Assembly: GCA_000934665.2 (NCBI GenBank)
Contig: JYFJ02004652.1
Span: 1-47,993, forward strand
Source: Catajapyx aquilonaris
Taxonomy: Eukaryota
Length of the DNA: 47,993 nt
Direction of reading: 5' to 3'
The notes under the pieces are model-generated. The model was given only the letters and a program-made list of their open reading frames with translations. It was not told where the DNA came from and made no database searches. A program made the position numbers and the translations under genes. Every line of letters starts with the position of its first letter. Within the stretch, counting starts at the first letter, position 1. Below, one piece after another: positions 21,607 to 34,071 of this stretch.

Positions 21607-23109
21607 TCAAAAATCGCACGGGATATTCAACTAATGAAAAACGGAGTGAAAATCATATATTTTAATTTTTTCAATTTTTCAAACAATAATTATCCAAATT
21701 TTCCAAACCGAAACTCTTTTTTGGATGCATATTGTATGAATAATGAAAGGATTAATTAAACACCCACAAACTATGCAACTTTCATAAACTTACAGTTATT
21801 TGTTGTTCTTCGAGCAACAAGTGCAATAGACCTTTGTACATTAAAACATTTGAATGTTATCAAAGCCACAATTTGTACGAACTGTAATGCACCAGCAGCA
21901 GCGAGAAATTCTGGAGTTTTAATACATCTTGTATCCTCTTGTGTACTACCATAATTTTACAGTATACTGTAGTTCAGTGTTTCCCAACCTTTGCGTCATG
22001 AAGCCTCCTCGCCCACCCACCCCCGCTTTTCGTTTTCACCAAACACCCAATTAATTTTGCTCTGAAAGCTCATTTCAGCAACGGTTGTTGCCAGAGCTTA
22101 TTCTAAGCCTCCATATGGAATTAAACTGCACGAAATGCATGTTCAACTTGTTGAAATAGGTAAAAATGAGAAAATGTCAACAAGGTTGTTCAAGGTCGCA
22201 AAGCTTAGGTGAATGCAACTGACAAAGTATACAGAGGAATCGTCTATCTACTGTAAGCCCGGTGGGTCGTGACATCCATTGGGGTCTCGAGCATCAGGGT
22301 CGAATAATTTGCAAATTCCATAGGAAACACTAATTGCGGTACCTCTCTAAGCTGGTAATGTAATTTCTGTACAAAAGATGTAGCATGTAGGCCTAGGAGA
22401 CTATACTTTGAGTTTATTTCAAAATTACCGAAAATTACTGTTCGCCCATCGCGAAACTGCATATTAAAGTATTGTCGGTCTACAGCTTCAGCAGGGTTGC
22501 CGATATAGTTATGTGGCCATTGTTTATTGACGATTAGGCATCGTGGTAATACTTTTGTCACGGCCTACATACCTCGCAGCCTGATGAGACCCATCCGAAT
22601 GAGAAAAGGTCATTGAATTTTATTGTCAAAAACCTAGTCAGAACATCTTGGAACGTTTAAATTTTTGCGAAAGCTGAGAAATGCTACTGCTACAACGTCA
22701 TCATAATAGTTGGCCTACATACTTGTACAAACATACTGTCACGTACTGTTGGAATGCAATCTCGGCTAATTATAACTACATATTGCAAATAAAAACAGTC
22801 TCAACTGGAATGCACTGTATCAAAAAGTCAAGATCAAAATTGCAAGGTAGATCATGAATGCAAGGTTTATATTTGATGAAAACTATAGTAACGCAATGAA
22901 GCATTGATTAAAAGCCATCAACTAAATGGGACAAATATCTTCAACAGCCACGAAATATTCAAAAATTGCGACAAAGCACATCCGCTTAGCAACAAAGAGT
23001 GTCCCAGAATGTTGAACCTTCCCAGTGGTGACTCCTACCTGCAAGAGTGGCAATTGATCTTCGCCAAGACCTTTTGTCCCCTTTCCCCTGACGATGTGGG
23101 GGTGTGGGG

Positions 23110-23258
23110 GTGTTGAGACGCCACCATTTTCTTCCTGAAGCTCATCGCAGTCAGATCGTCACCTGTGTCGCTCCATCAGAAGAAGACAACGCCCATATCT
23201 CAAAACTTGCACCGGGAGACAGCAACAGAGTTGAGACAGCAGAGAATCGCTGACCAAG
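23110..23258 (+). other. putative non-coding first exon of gene C (intron from 23259)
   Basis: GCCACCATTTT start motif. Donor AAG|GTAAGTGGGACGTGAGGGGCTAAACGGGACAGTGCGT is similar to that at 34072. Upstream CCTTT(T)GTCCCCT is shared with 33937. Confidence 0.55.
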
Positions 23259-24678
23259 GTAAGTGGGACGTGAGGGGCTAAACGGGACAGTGCGTGGTCA
23301 GATAGGAGGGAAGAACGGACGGTTTCAAGGGGGTTGTGAAGAGGTTAGGCACGAAGTTAGGTTGTTTTAAGAGCAACTGTAATGTAGCAAGTAATACTTG
23401 TCGAGTAAAACATCTGCATTCACGAGCGCATCCAGCAATGTTTGACAAAATGTCCAGACATAGGTGTCCGGAGAGGGATAGTAGACAAGTGTCAGAGAGA
23501 ATGGTCAGTTACTACGATGCAGTAGAGACACGGGATGTCGATGGGACTTAGAAATGATGAAAGCTCACCTTTTAATGTGAGAGTGACCCCAACAGGGCAG
23601 TTATAGCTTCTAGGGTGTGATAGGCCTAGCTCGGGCTGGCACATTTTACGGCACAATATTGGAGTGCAAGTGGTGAAGAATTTTGTCGATTTACAGCAAA
23701 AGTGTAAGAAAAATTGACCGATTCATCGTTTCCTGCAAATGATTGAAATTAGTAGGCCTATTTCGTCTTTTGATTGGCTAGAGCGCTAGACTAATAAATT
23801 CTGCGAGATGTAGTCGAAATGTACCGGTACACCTTCTAAAACTATGGCAATGTAAAAGACGTTGCCCGGTATCACCGATAGGTTAAATATGATATTAAAT
23901 CCAGCATTAGATACAATCATTACATCATTACATAATGTAGGCTAATGAAACAGCGTGCACCTTGAGAGGTGATCGTTTCGATTAGCAATTTCACCATAAG
24001 CTGCTTTTTTGAATAGTAACTTTGGTGCAGTTACTTTTGCAACTTATCAATATGTTATTTTGATAATATCATATTGCAGTGACCCATCTTTTCTAACGCA
24101 TGAAAATGGTGGGTTCTGGCCTGCTAAAAGTGGGTATAATCATTTGCGATGGTGCCAACAACATTATTAATTGTTCTAATGAGACATTCCTTTTACTAAA
24201 TGAAATTCCTAGCATGAATAATGCAATTCGGAATAATTTAAACTGAATTTTATGCACTTTATGCAGTGCAAGTGTCGAAGTAAAGGGCCCAAAATTACTG
24301 GTTAGCCACGTGTAGTTTATTTCTGCAATCTTGTCATTTCATGGTCACTCCCAAAGTGCATGATGATAAAGTGCTGATTCACCGGACCTTTGACCATGAA
24401 CTACATGAGAAAGTGTCGCATAGCACTGATTTTTAATTGCCAAACCACCTGCATCCTCCGGAACCGTCGGATTCGGTTGCAGAGATAATCCTGGGCGCAG
24501 TGAGCAGTGATTGCTTCACGTGTGTCCTCCACAGCGGCACAGAGGTCAAACATTGCAGGATGACATGTCATAATTTGCACTATTTCTGTCGGACATTTTG
24601 ACTTCCCATCGTAGTGTTTCTGGCAGGGCTGGGGAGCTACATCTTGAAAAATATTGTTTTGATTTCAGGCAGGCAGCT

Positions 24679-25380
24679 ATGGGCACGTATCGTTGCTCTT
24701 CGTCGTCTACCGCGGAATGGTTGGTTCCATTCCCTGCATTGTCCAACTGGAACAATTACCCTCCGGTCCACGTCAGACCAGGAGTGTACTCCCATCAGGA
24801 CTGTTGCTTCAATGGGATGGCTCTTCAACCGCCACTCCGCAGTGCCTCTGCACCCTCCCAGCCCATGTGGCCAACAACCTGCATATGCATGGAAGGAAGC
24901 ATGATGACCCCACCGGTCATCCCACCTCGTGTCCAGGGTGCAGGCACCATCATGATGGCTCCTCCACCACCACCTCCGCAATACTACTCGCAGGCCATGC
25001 CGCCGCCCACATTCCCCATACGGAAATACAATGGTCCTGCCTCGTACCGCCGACCTCCTGCCCAGGCCTATCCAGCACCTCCGTACCCTGCAGCCAACGG
25101 TACCTACGTTGCTGGTGCGAAGCCTGCCCCGGTGGGCAGCAGTCTACTACGCAAGAAGAGAGGCTTCGTACCATCGGCACCACCAGGTCGGAATGTTTCC
25201 AGCCGTCCTTTGGGGAATGGTCGTTTTGTACCCATGTATGACCCTTGGAATGGGGGTTTTAAGTTCAATGGTTTTGGCATCTCGGGCAGGCCTGGGGGTG
25301 TCCATGGGGCTGCTCCTGATGAGGGAGACTTGGAGGAGGGGGAGGTGAAGAAGAATACTGGTGAAGGAGCAGAGGAGTGA
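24679..25380 (+). CDS. orphan proline-rich protein (gene C), 233 aa
   Basis: GC-rich open frame. The ATG follows the acceptor ttttgatttcAG. Pro/Tyr/Ala-rich, with RKKR and C-terminal DLEEGEV. No folded domain recognised. Confidence 0.65.
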   Translation: MGTYRCSSSSTAEWLVPFPALSNWNNYPPVHVRPGVYSHQDCCFNGMALQPPLRSASAPSQPMWPTTCICMEGSMMTPPVIPPRVQGAGTIMMAPPPPPPQYYSQAMPPPTFPIRKYNGPASYRRPPAQAYPAPPYPAANGTYVAGAKPAPVGSSLLRKKRGFVPSAPPGRNVSSRPLGNGRFVPMYDPWNGGFKFNGFGISGRPGGVHGAAPDEGDLEEGEVKKNTGEGAEE

Positions 25381-26449
25381 TACCAGTGGGATGTGGTTGG
25401 GAACATCGGTTTCGTTAGTCTTCCTGTCTAGCCTTTTTCTACATTAGTATACGCTTGTTGCACTTGCCCCAGTTGACCAAATCCAATCATTGTGTTGCTA
25501 ATTTGAAAATAACATTAACTTAAATCTGAAGAATTATTAATACAACATTTACTGAAACTTTTAATTGTGCATTGAGTTGTTGAGTCAATCGTAAGAGCAT
25601 CCAAGTGCTACTGAAGGTGGGGAAATATTCTGGGGAAATCATTTATATTTCGGGTAATTTGTGAAACCGGTGCAGTCTTTCTGGAGAGATTTCACATTAT
25701 AATCACATGCAGAGAGGTGTTTTGTTTTTGTCACCTCATTTTGTTGGGACTTGTTATGTAAGAACAACTTGTTGCATATAACGCGTCAAAGTAGAGATGT
25801 TGACTGAGGTTTTTTAAAAGAAATCTTAGGTAATGTTGCAAATTATTTCATTCTGTTTTTTTATTATTAAAAATGGGTACGTCATGCTGAAATATCTGTT
25901 GTTGCACATTCCTGAGTGCTGTGCAGGTTCTGTTACGCAATGTCATCCTGCGCTATGTCACTACAACAATTTCGTTTGCATTTTCTTTGGCTTATTTTCT
26001 TTAACAATATCGTAGTAGTCAGTAGTGAATTGTTTTTAAAAAAATGTGGCTATTTGAAAATGGAGTGAGCGACTGAAATTAAATTTTGATGCCACACTTT
26101 CAAGGAGCATAAAGTATAATTGGCAATGAGGATTAATTAAATCATGTTAACTGCAGCTCTTGAAGCATAGTAATTCTTATCTGCAAAATATTTTCTGGAT
26201 GTTTTTAAATTAATGAATGCAATTTGTCTCTTGACGTTAATCCAGTTTAGATACAATCAATGAAACGATATAGTGCATTGAAGTATTATGCTAAATATTA
26301 TGCCAATTTTATTTAACAAAATAATGTAAGACGTATATAGATAGTAGAATGTAGTGATAGAAAAAGAGCAGTTTAATTATTGCTTTGGAGCAGTTCTCTC
26401 TCAATTAATAGCTAGAAATCATAGTTTGATTCAGTAGATGCCAGTGTTT

Positions 26450-28480
26450 TGTGTTGTCTCATGTGCTCGTTACTAACAATGTATGAGTTAATAATCTGTA
26501 TAGGAATTCTTTGTTGCAAGTTATTCTGCAACATTCTAATAATAGAAGAAAGTACTCTGCTACTGTGACTTGTACAGTGCATGATGTGTGTTGTCAGGAA
26601 TGGGCATTGCATGTGAGCCTGTGTCTCAATGCTGCCCAAAAATGGCTTCTGTTTGTCCTTTTTAATTAGATAGTTGGTAAGCGAGAAAGTGATTATCAAA
26701 ATCGAAGGTGCACATGTCAGTAATTCAGATGTTTTTGGACTAAGAAAGCTTATCTTTTATTACACGTTTATTCGTTAATTGGATTTGCTACGTAATTGTT
26801 GCTTCAAATTAATTTTTTGTTTCATAAAAGCTTAATGGATTATTTTTTTAAATAGTGCGGGCGTTATTTCCTACATGCCGAAATTGATTTTGAATGTCAC
26901 TGATATCATTTTTGTGTCCTCTGCCTTTTGTGGAAAAAAAATAGAATTGTTGCATAGTTTAGTAATTTGAGTCTTGCAGCCTCATTGTCATTGAAAAGTT
27001 CCCATTATTTTCACCGAATTCATTTTAATTGTTTGTACAATCAACGTTTGTTGGGGGAAAATTCACATTGATTGGGGACTCAAAGGTTTCTCAACTAGAC
27101 GGAAATTTTTTTTCTAAGAATTATTGAGATTGAAAAAAGAATTCCACAATATTTGGTGCTATTGGTAGTGGGGTAAATAGACTGTAAACTAATTTTGAGA
27201 GAAGGTAATATTTTTCTCACTAGCGTACTCTTTCTGGAGAACTTTCATGTTCACGTGCAATGAGGTTGTAAGGTGTTAAGGCCCTAATGTTGCGTTTAAA
27301 TGTAATAATTTAGTTTTGGTGACATGTTCCAAGAGCAGTCAACCTATGTCACGGGAAAATTAAGTGACCTGTAGTTGTTGATAGAGCATTTCTTTTGAAA
27401 GAGAATGATGTTAGACAACGAACCAGGTGAATATGCACAGTATTGGTCTGACAAAACTCAAAATTAGTCAGTACCGTTCTTTGTTAGTTTAAGGTGAGGA
27501 ATATATTTTTTCTGAAGAAAGAGCAAGTCTTACAAAGATTTGTGTAAATATTAGTAGTCGTAAAATCCTGATAATATTATTATGATTGTCCATGCTAGGG
27601 CTGTGACGCAATGTATTGCTTACGATGTAAATTAGTTCGCTATATTAGTTTGGGTATAGCCAGTTTTTTTCTGTTTGGAGTGGCCATCGCGCCATCTATT
27701 TTAATGATGCACAGTATTATAATAATCTAAACATGATGAGGTTATACACAGGGTGTTCCAAGCATGCGGGTGACTAAGTTTAGCTCAAACTTGAACTCAA
27801 TTTAAAAAATTTCGTTCGAAGCTGTTCTTTTTTTGTAGCTTGTGACCTGGCTCAGGGCTCAACAAACTACACAAAAATAACCGCTATATTAGCTATATAA
27901 CTGAAAACGACCATATTTGGAACACCCTGTATAACAATATTGTCATTACCTGGTCATTACGTGTTTTGTCTTGTCCTGTATATGGCACCCTAAGCCATTA
28001 TTATCGATGTATTATAACAACATGATTACATAGGTTAATATTCGCGTTCAACTGTATTATTTCTATTTTAAAAACTCTAATGTTACTTTCCAACATTTTG
28101 AGCATGGCGTCCAATTGGTGGCAATATTGTACAGAATTGCATGGTGTGTGTTGCCAGGAATGGGCATTGTTTGTGAGTCTGTGAGAATCCACGATGCCTG
28201 TGAATGGCTTGTGTTCGTTTCATTAGTTAATAAGTACGGCCTGACGAGAATGTGATTAACAAAATCAAAATTTACACACGTGTACCATAATTCAGATGCT
28301 CCTTGGGCAAGAAATATTATTTTGAAGCAGTTATATACGATAAATTAATCGAATTATTTTCAATGAAACTATTGTGTTTAATGACTTATTTTTAATTGGC
28401 CGAAGGTCTACTTTAATGTGATAATTTTTTCCAATTAATTACCTCCATACAAGACTTGGTTTTGAATGTCATTTATTCTC
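26450..28480. repeat. diverged direct duplication, about 26450-26920 versus about 28000-28480
   Basis: Collinear shared blocks: CAGGAATGGGCATTG..TGTGAG.CTGTG, AATGGCTT.TGTT, GTGATTA.CAAAATC, TAATTCAGATG, TTTTGAATGTCA. Confidence 0.65.
27749..27929. mobile_element. short Tc1/mariner-superfamily MITE
   Basis: TIRs CAGGGTGTTCCAA / TTGGAACACCCTG-TA. Confidence 0.65.
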
Positions 28481-31400
28481 AGGTACCGTACTTTTTTTTG
28501 TTAGGCTACGCTTTTTGTGATTGTGCAGCTAATTTTTTGTTTAGAAAGTTTGCTAAATGCTACACCATCAGGTGGACATTGAGCATTGATCCAGAAATTT
28601 ACTATGATTAGTTATTACACTGTATCAGACATGGAATGTACGACAAGTACTCCTCACCATTTCCGTACAGTACAGTACCGACAGTACTCATTTGTCCAAC
28701 ATGCTCTGCAGATTTGATTCTAATAGAGCACTGTAGTTGGCTAACAAAGTGTATACAATAATTATGTTATTATTTCACATTTATATTCTTCAGCTTTGAA
28801 ATACTGGGTTATATAAAAGAAATTATAGTGACTTAACACCTGTTACGGCACACTTTAGGTGATTGTACCCTATATCTACCCTGGCATATTCAAGTACTCT
28901 ACTGTCTACTTTGACGCATTATATTGCATGAGTAACGTTCAGTTCAGCATGTAGTTCACGAAAGTGTATATGTTACCACTTTTAGAAATGAATATAGGCA
29001 TATCTCAATATTACGGAGGGTTCAATTCCAGACCACCAGTTTAATCTAATATTGTCGTACAGCGAATCACTGGCTTTATTCACTTGCTAATGAGTACGAA
29101 ATAGCGGTAGCAATAATGCGTAAAATATTATCCTCAGCCGATGTGTGCGTGCGTCGTAAGAGCGACGAAATTTTCAAAAGTGATGACAATTAATAAAAAT
29201 TCAATACGTAATGCGAGGTATGCCTGTAAAGTAATCCTGCAATGATAATAATGGAATGGCTTCCGTAAATATAATTTTTATTGTATTTTTGCAATAGCTG
29301 TTCACCTGTTGACTGGAAGGTCTTATATCCTTTTTGTGCATTTTATGCATTATTTTATGCATTACCCTGCTTATCCACATGAACACTGTTCGGTTTGCCA
29401 CAATCATGTCGTTGTCATTGTTGCTTTGGGAAATGATACCATTAGTTACTTCAGTTTTGATGTGTGTCCGCTTATGTATCTCCAGAAATGACTGAATAAA
29501 TAAATGAAAATTCCAATCAAGTTTACTTTTTCATGATAAATATGACCCATACATACTCTACATGTAAATTCATGTCGGTCGAAATTCATGACTTTTCACA
29601 TCATGACGTACACTCAATTATATTCAAAGAAAGTGATGTCATCATTGCTGATATTACTATAGGTATGCCACAATGGCAACAGAGGTTACGTCATGGTTGA
29701 ACAGTCAGAGTACACGCCTTGTTTTTCTCCAAAATGTTGAGCTCATATTTGGCCCTGTCTGGAAGGATCCGGCTGTAAGGGATTGGACAACACCCTCATT
29801 GTTTTTCAGGCGTCATTGGACGGCTGGGTTTCTTATCTGGAGCATTTGAAATACGATCCAGCAGCTCTAAGACTGCGAACAGAAGAATTTCAGGACACGT
29901 CATTGCTTGGTGGTTTGCAGTGAAGAGTACTTGGATCTTACTGGCACCCATATATTAGCAGAATATTTGTCTCTAGTTCGGTCCAATCAGCAACATAAAG
30001 GTGAGACAAAATATATGTGCTAACCTGGATACGTCCATGTGTCACGTGACTGGATCGATTTTTTTTGCCGTGTCTGGAGTATTTTTCGTATTAAACGATG
30101 GCATCACTTACACCGTATGTGATGCACTTAATTTCCNGACAAAATATATGTGCTAACCTGGATACGTCCATGTGTCACGTGACTGGATCGATTTTTTTTT
30201 GCCGTGTCTGGAGTATTTTTCGTATTAAACGATGGCATCACTTACACCGTATGTGATGCACTTAATTTCCTGACGTGCACACCAGGTGTCACCTTAGTGG
30301 CCTTCATGTCACCTTCAGGTCACCTTCATGGGCGTTACTAAAATTACAACTATTTTCTCTTGAATATTTAGGATAAAGTTACGCACTCATGTTATACGTT
30401 CTATTGGTAGTCTAATCCTTCGAAATTGGGAGGATTCCCCATAAATATATTATTGCCCTTCATGCTCATGCAATATTGTTTGGCGTACAATATTAGTACT
30501 CCAGTACGTTGTGAAGTTATTGCTACAAAAATTACATCAAATGTAACATGTACTGATATGAAGCACTCAGGTGAAATCAACTTCCTAGAGAAAATGTTTG
30601 TGTTTTCAACATTCTTAACCGTTCCAAAATTATTGCCAGTAGGTAAAAGTGTTATTTTGAGCTGAGAATGTTTCCTTCTTCCACACATAAAGGGCTGATT
30701 GAAGTAAGGTATTTTGTTGAAACATGGTGTTTACGCATTGTTGAATTTGATGAAATAAAAATATACAGCCAGGTCGTGATCATAATCAATTAATCATATT
30801 CAGAGCATATTATTGCCTTTTTTCATATTACAGAACAATAATTTTAACAGCATTGGAGACAATACAATTTCAACAGACATGCGTTTTGCAATTGAAGACC
30901 TCGGGAAGGTCCACATCAGGTGAAACATATATTGCAATTTCAAATTTCGAAGGCTCATAAGGTTTTTAATGTAAAGCCTACATTCGGGGTTTTCCATAGT
31001 GACCTATGCTTATTATTACTCCACAACCACGACCAAACCACCATATTCTACGCTATTGAAACTATCTTCTGAGATAGGTATGTAACACATTTTTGACAAA
31101 AGGTGGACCTTGATCGTTCTTTCCCAGAGGTCTTCAATTACTTTGGACCTGGAATTCTGTGCACAATGTGTAACAATAACTGGTGCGTCCAAAAGTGAAT
31201 TAAAGAATTTTTTTTCCAATAATTGGACTCATTAATTATTGCGTTGAATATTCACATCTGTTTGACACGTTGACTCATTTTTGATTCCTGTTTTTTTTTA
31301 CATGTGGGACTTGACATCATTCGGACTACAATCAGCTCTCACTTCAACACTGCCCACCAGATTGTTTACTTTGGTAAGAGAGCACAGTTTATACTCACAA

Positions 31401-31488
31401 AATGAGTAGTGTCTTTACCTACTGTACATAAAGTGCATTATTTTCTGGTATGTTTCAGATTCACTATCTTATCACATCCATCAGCCTC

Positions 31489-32586
31489 ATGATGACTGAC
31501 TTTTTCAACACTAAACTTGAACATAAAATCAAGGCAGTAATTTTCTCATATCTGTCTACAAAAGATAAGTTGTTGGTCATTCCACATGTATGCCAGAAGT
31601 GGAAAGATATTGTCCTCAACGATACCAGTCTCTGGCAGACAATGGAATTGTCATCTGACATCCCAACTAACCTCTCTGTGGCCCAACTGCAAAGGTCTCC
31701 ATTCCTCAAGACACTAAAGGTCACCGGTTGTGGATTGTACTTCAACTGTGAGGACATTGTAAGAGCTGCTGCCACAAGCTGTCCCGAACTTGAAGAGTTG
31801 AGTTTGAAAAAGTGTATCAGTGGGACTGAGGTGTTAGAATCATTAGTCCAATGTTGTCAGAGCCTTGTTTCGATAGAAATGGACATGTTTCTTTCAAGTA
31901 ATGTAGTGGGGTTGATCTCAGCCTTTTCTCGGTGTCCAAAGTTGCAGAAGCTATCAGTATATTCTGGCATCTATGAGACCAGTTATTCATTGGCTAATCC
32001 AGGTCCTCCATGGAATTACCACAATCTGAGGGAGTTAATGATCGATGAGTTACCTGCTGATTGTTTAACACTGTTGTTGTACAGTATTGGGCAACAGCTG
32101 GAAAAACTATGCATTGACGAAGTTACTACCCCAGATCTATGTCTGTTGTTGGGTAGGTTTCAACAGATAAAAGTACTCGAAATTGAGTTTGCAATGGGCA
32201 TGACCAACAATAGTTTGCTCAATGGTGTTGGGATACTAGGTAACCTTCATCACCTGAAAATATCAAGGGCTTCAAACGTGAATCCTGAAACAATGCATGT
32301 ATTCCTGAGCAGGCGTCATGTGGTTGGCAAATTAGAACATTTGGATCTTACCGAGATTAACTTGAATAACGATTGCCTTAACGCCATTTCTGATAACTGC
32401 AGGAGGCTCAATACACTTACCATAACTTACAAAGGCCTGAGCATGATGTGCCTGAAAAATTTCATGAAAAGTAGATCACCTTCTTTAAAGAAACTCGAAG
32501 TCTGGTACTCTCACGACGAACTAGCTCATGACACGTTGGATTTTGACTACCAAGAAGATCTTCAGGTATTGTTTATCGGAAAGTAG
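31489..32586 (+). CDS. F-box/LRR-repeat (FBXL-type) protein, about 365 aa
   Basis: F-box LEHKIKAVIFSYLSTKDKLLVIPHVCQKWKDIV..SLW followed by Cys-containing LRRs (CPELEELSL, CPKLQKLSV, KLEHLDL, CRRLNTLTI). A probable 5'UTR intron at 31374-31458 moves the start from 31450 to 31489. Confidence 0.9.
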   Translation: MMTDFFNTKLEHKIKAVIFSYLSTKDKLLVIPHVCQKWKDIVLNDTSLWQTMELSSDIPTNLSVAQLQRSPFLKTLKVTGCGLYFNCEDIVRAAATSCPELEELSLKKCISGTEVLESLVQCCQSLVSIEMDMFLSSNVVGLISAFSRCPKLQKLSVYSGIYETSYSLANPGPPWNYHNLRELMIDELPADCLTLLLYSIGQQLEKLCIDEVTTPDLCLLLGRFQQIKVLEIEFAMGMTNNSLLNGVGILGNLHHLKISRASNVNPETMHVFLSRRHVVGKLEHLDLTEINLNNDCLNAISDNCRRLNTLTITYKGLSMMCLKNFMKSRSPSLKKLEVWYSHDELAHDTLDFDYQEDLQVLFIGK

Positions 32587-32826
32587 TATGCAAAATCATG
32601 TCGTACATTTGACTCAATTATGTGAATTTCATTTGTTGTTGAAATAATAACTAAGGAAATATAAACAATGGTGCAATATGGTGACAATTTATCAGTATCC
32701 AGTATTGTTTCCGTGTGGTTTCCAAGGCGACTTGTCCGAACGTTTGCTAGTCACATTTTATTTGGGGTGCTTCTTGGGTCCCAGGGCGAACATCCTTGTC
32801 CTGCACTGTGCCCGTTAGATTCCACC

Positions 32827-33558
32827 ATGGCTCCATCTACTCCCCAACGAGCAAAGTCCGGAACGCTGTCCGGAACAAACGGACGGGTAAAGGACCAAGC
32901 ACAGCTCGAGAAAAACCCGGTGCTAAAACCTGCCGCCTCAGTGCCCGTGATTGTAATGGAGGAGGCCAATCAGACCATGTTCAAGAACTCGTTCCAGACC
33001 GGGTTCCTGTCCATCCTTAACAGCCTCGGCAACAAGCCACTGCAGATCTGGGACAAGCAGGTGAGGCAAGGACATGTCAAGCGTTTAGTCGACAATGACA
33101 TCCTGCATCCGGTGTTGGACATCCTGGGCGTCAACGTCGCCACCACCTTCATCACATGCCCAGCAGACAACCAGAAGACCCTCGGCATTGAGCTTCCTTA
33201 CTTGAACATAATGATCAAGAACATCAAGAAGCACGTCACTGTTGAGGTCCAGATCCTGGATGACAAACATTTGCGTCGACGCTTCCGAGCTTCTACGTAC
33301 CATCTGAGAACCAGAGTTCAGCTGTTCGTCTGTGCCATGCCGTTGCGTCTGGACCACGGATGGAACCAGATCCAGTTCAACCTTGCGGACTTCACCCGTC
33401 GAGCCTACGGTACCAACTACGTCGAGACCCTGCGAGTGCAGATACACGCCAACTGCCGCATCCGAAGGGTGTACTTCGCCGACAAGCTGTACCGTGAGGA
33501 AGACATGCCTGATGACTTTAAGACGTACGTGCCTGTCCCGATGAAGTCCGGAAAGTAG
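32827..33558 (+). CDS. CFAP20: cilia- and flagella-associated protein 20-like (BUG22/C16orf80), intronless, with a 50-aa N-terminal extension
   Basis: [14 protein letters not shown]...KPLQIWDK...RRRFRAS...[40 protein letters not shown] from 32977. Strong-Kozak in-frame ATG (CCACCATGG) at 32827. AATAAA at 33683. Confidence 0.93.
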   Translation: MAPSTPQRAKSGTLSGTNGRVKDQAQLEKNPVLKPAASVPVIVMEEANQTMFKNSFQTGFLSILNSLGNKPLQIWDKQVRQGHVKRLVDNDILHPVLDILGVNVATTFITCPADNQKTLGIELPYLNIMIKNIKKHVTVEVQILDDKHLRRRFRASTYHLRTRVQLFVCAMPLRLDHGWNQIQFNLADFTRRAYGTNYVETLRVQIHANCRIRRVYFADKLYREEDMPDDFKTYVPVPMKSGK

Positions 33559-33949
33559 AAGAAGAGGTGGGAGCCTGGGCTTAAGAAAAGTAGAGGAGGG
33601 TTCCACACCACTAAAGACAATGCAAGCATACCCTCTCTGAAAAATTAATGTCATGTTCAAAATTATAAACGTGTGTAAAGCCAATAAATGTCACCGTCTA
33701 ACAAAATTTAACTGTGTATCTCTTAATATAATTTGCGCTTATGTCACTAATATGCTTGATAAATATTTTGGAAGGAAGAGGCCAGTGTCCACTATAGATA
33801 AGTAGTTTCACTCTATTACGAAAAGAAAAAAAAAATCGCCTGGCATCATGGATGTTGAGTTGAGCCTTAGAGTGGAGCCACCTGCTGCAAAAATGTAACA
33901 ACTTCCTTCAAATAAAAAAAGTGTCATCCTGCGGAACCTTTGTCCCCTG

Positions 33950-34071
33950 GAAGCTGCTCCCATTTTACACCGAAGCCTTGACAGTGTGCAGACGTTCTCC
34001 ATCTTTTGTCCAGCAAAGGACAGCCAAGGGGCACTAGGCAGGTCGAGGTTGAGTAGCTCGGACATCACAAG
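33950..34071 (+). other. putative non-coding first exon of gene D (intron 34072-34711)
   Basis: Donor AAG|GTAAGTGGGACAG...GCTAAGTGGGACAGGGCGT. Acceptor tttaattatAG followed by GAAGC...ATG at 34726. Confidence 0.55.

Noticed and set aside
22575..22645. Possible hammerhead ribozyme (CTGATGAGACC...GGTC...AAAC.TAGTC)
   Set aside because: The required GAAA does not follow stem II, and stems I and III could not be formed. At best a decayed relic.
30005..30270. Perfect tandem duplication of about 132 bp
   Set aside because: The copies are separated by a single N (30137) and differ only in one T-run length, which is typical of an unmerged contig overlap (assembly artefact).
30401..31219. Three short minus-strand ORFs and a small inverted match (about 30890-30915 vs 31102-31139)
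   Set aside because: No recognisable domain or consistent exon chain, and the inverted match is short and gapped.
32668..32826. Longer CFAP20 start at 32668
   Set aside because: Only 81 bp after the upstream stop, with composition unlike the CDS. The ATG at 32827 has a much better Kozak context. Not formally excluded.
33085..33684. 199-aa minus-strand ORF
   Set aside because: Antisense shadow of the codon-biased CFAP20 CDS. The same applies to alternative-frame ORFs over 24598-25406 and 34836-35417.
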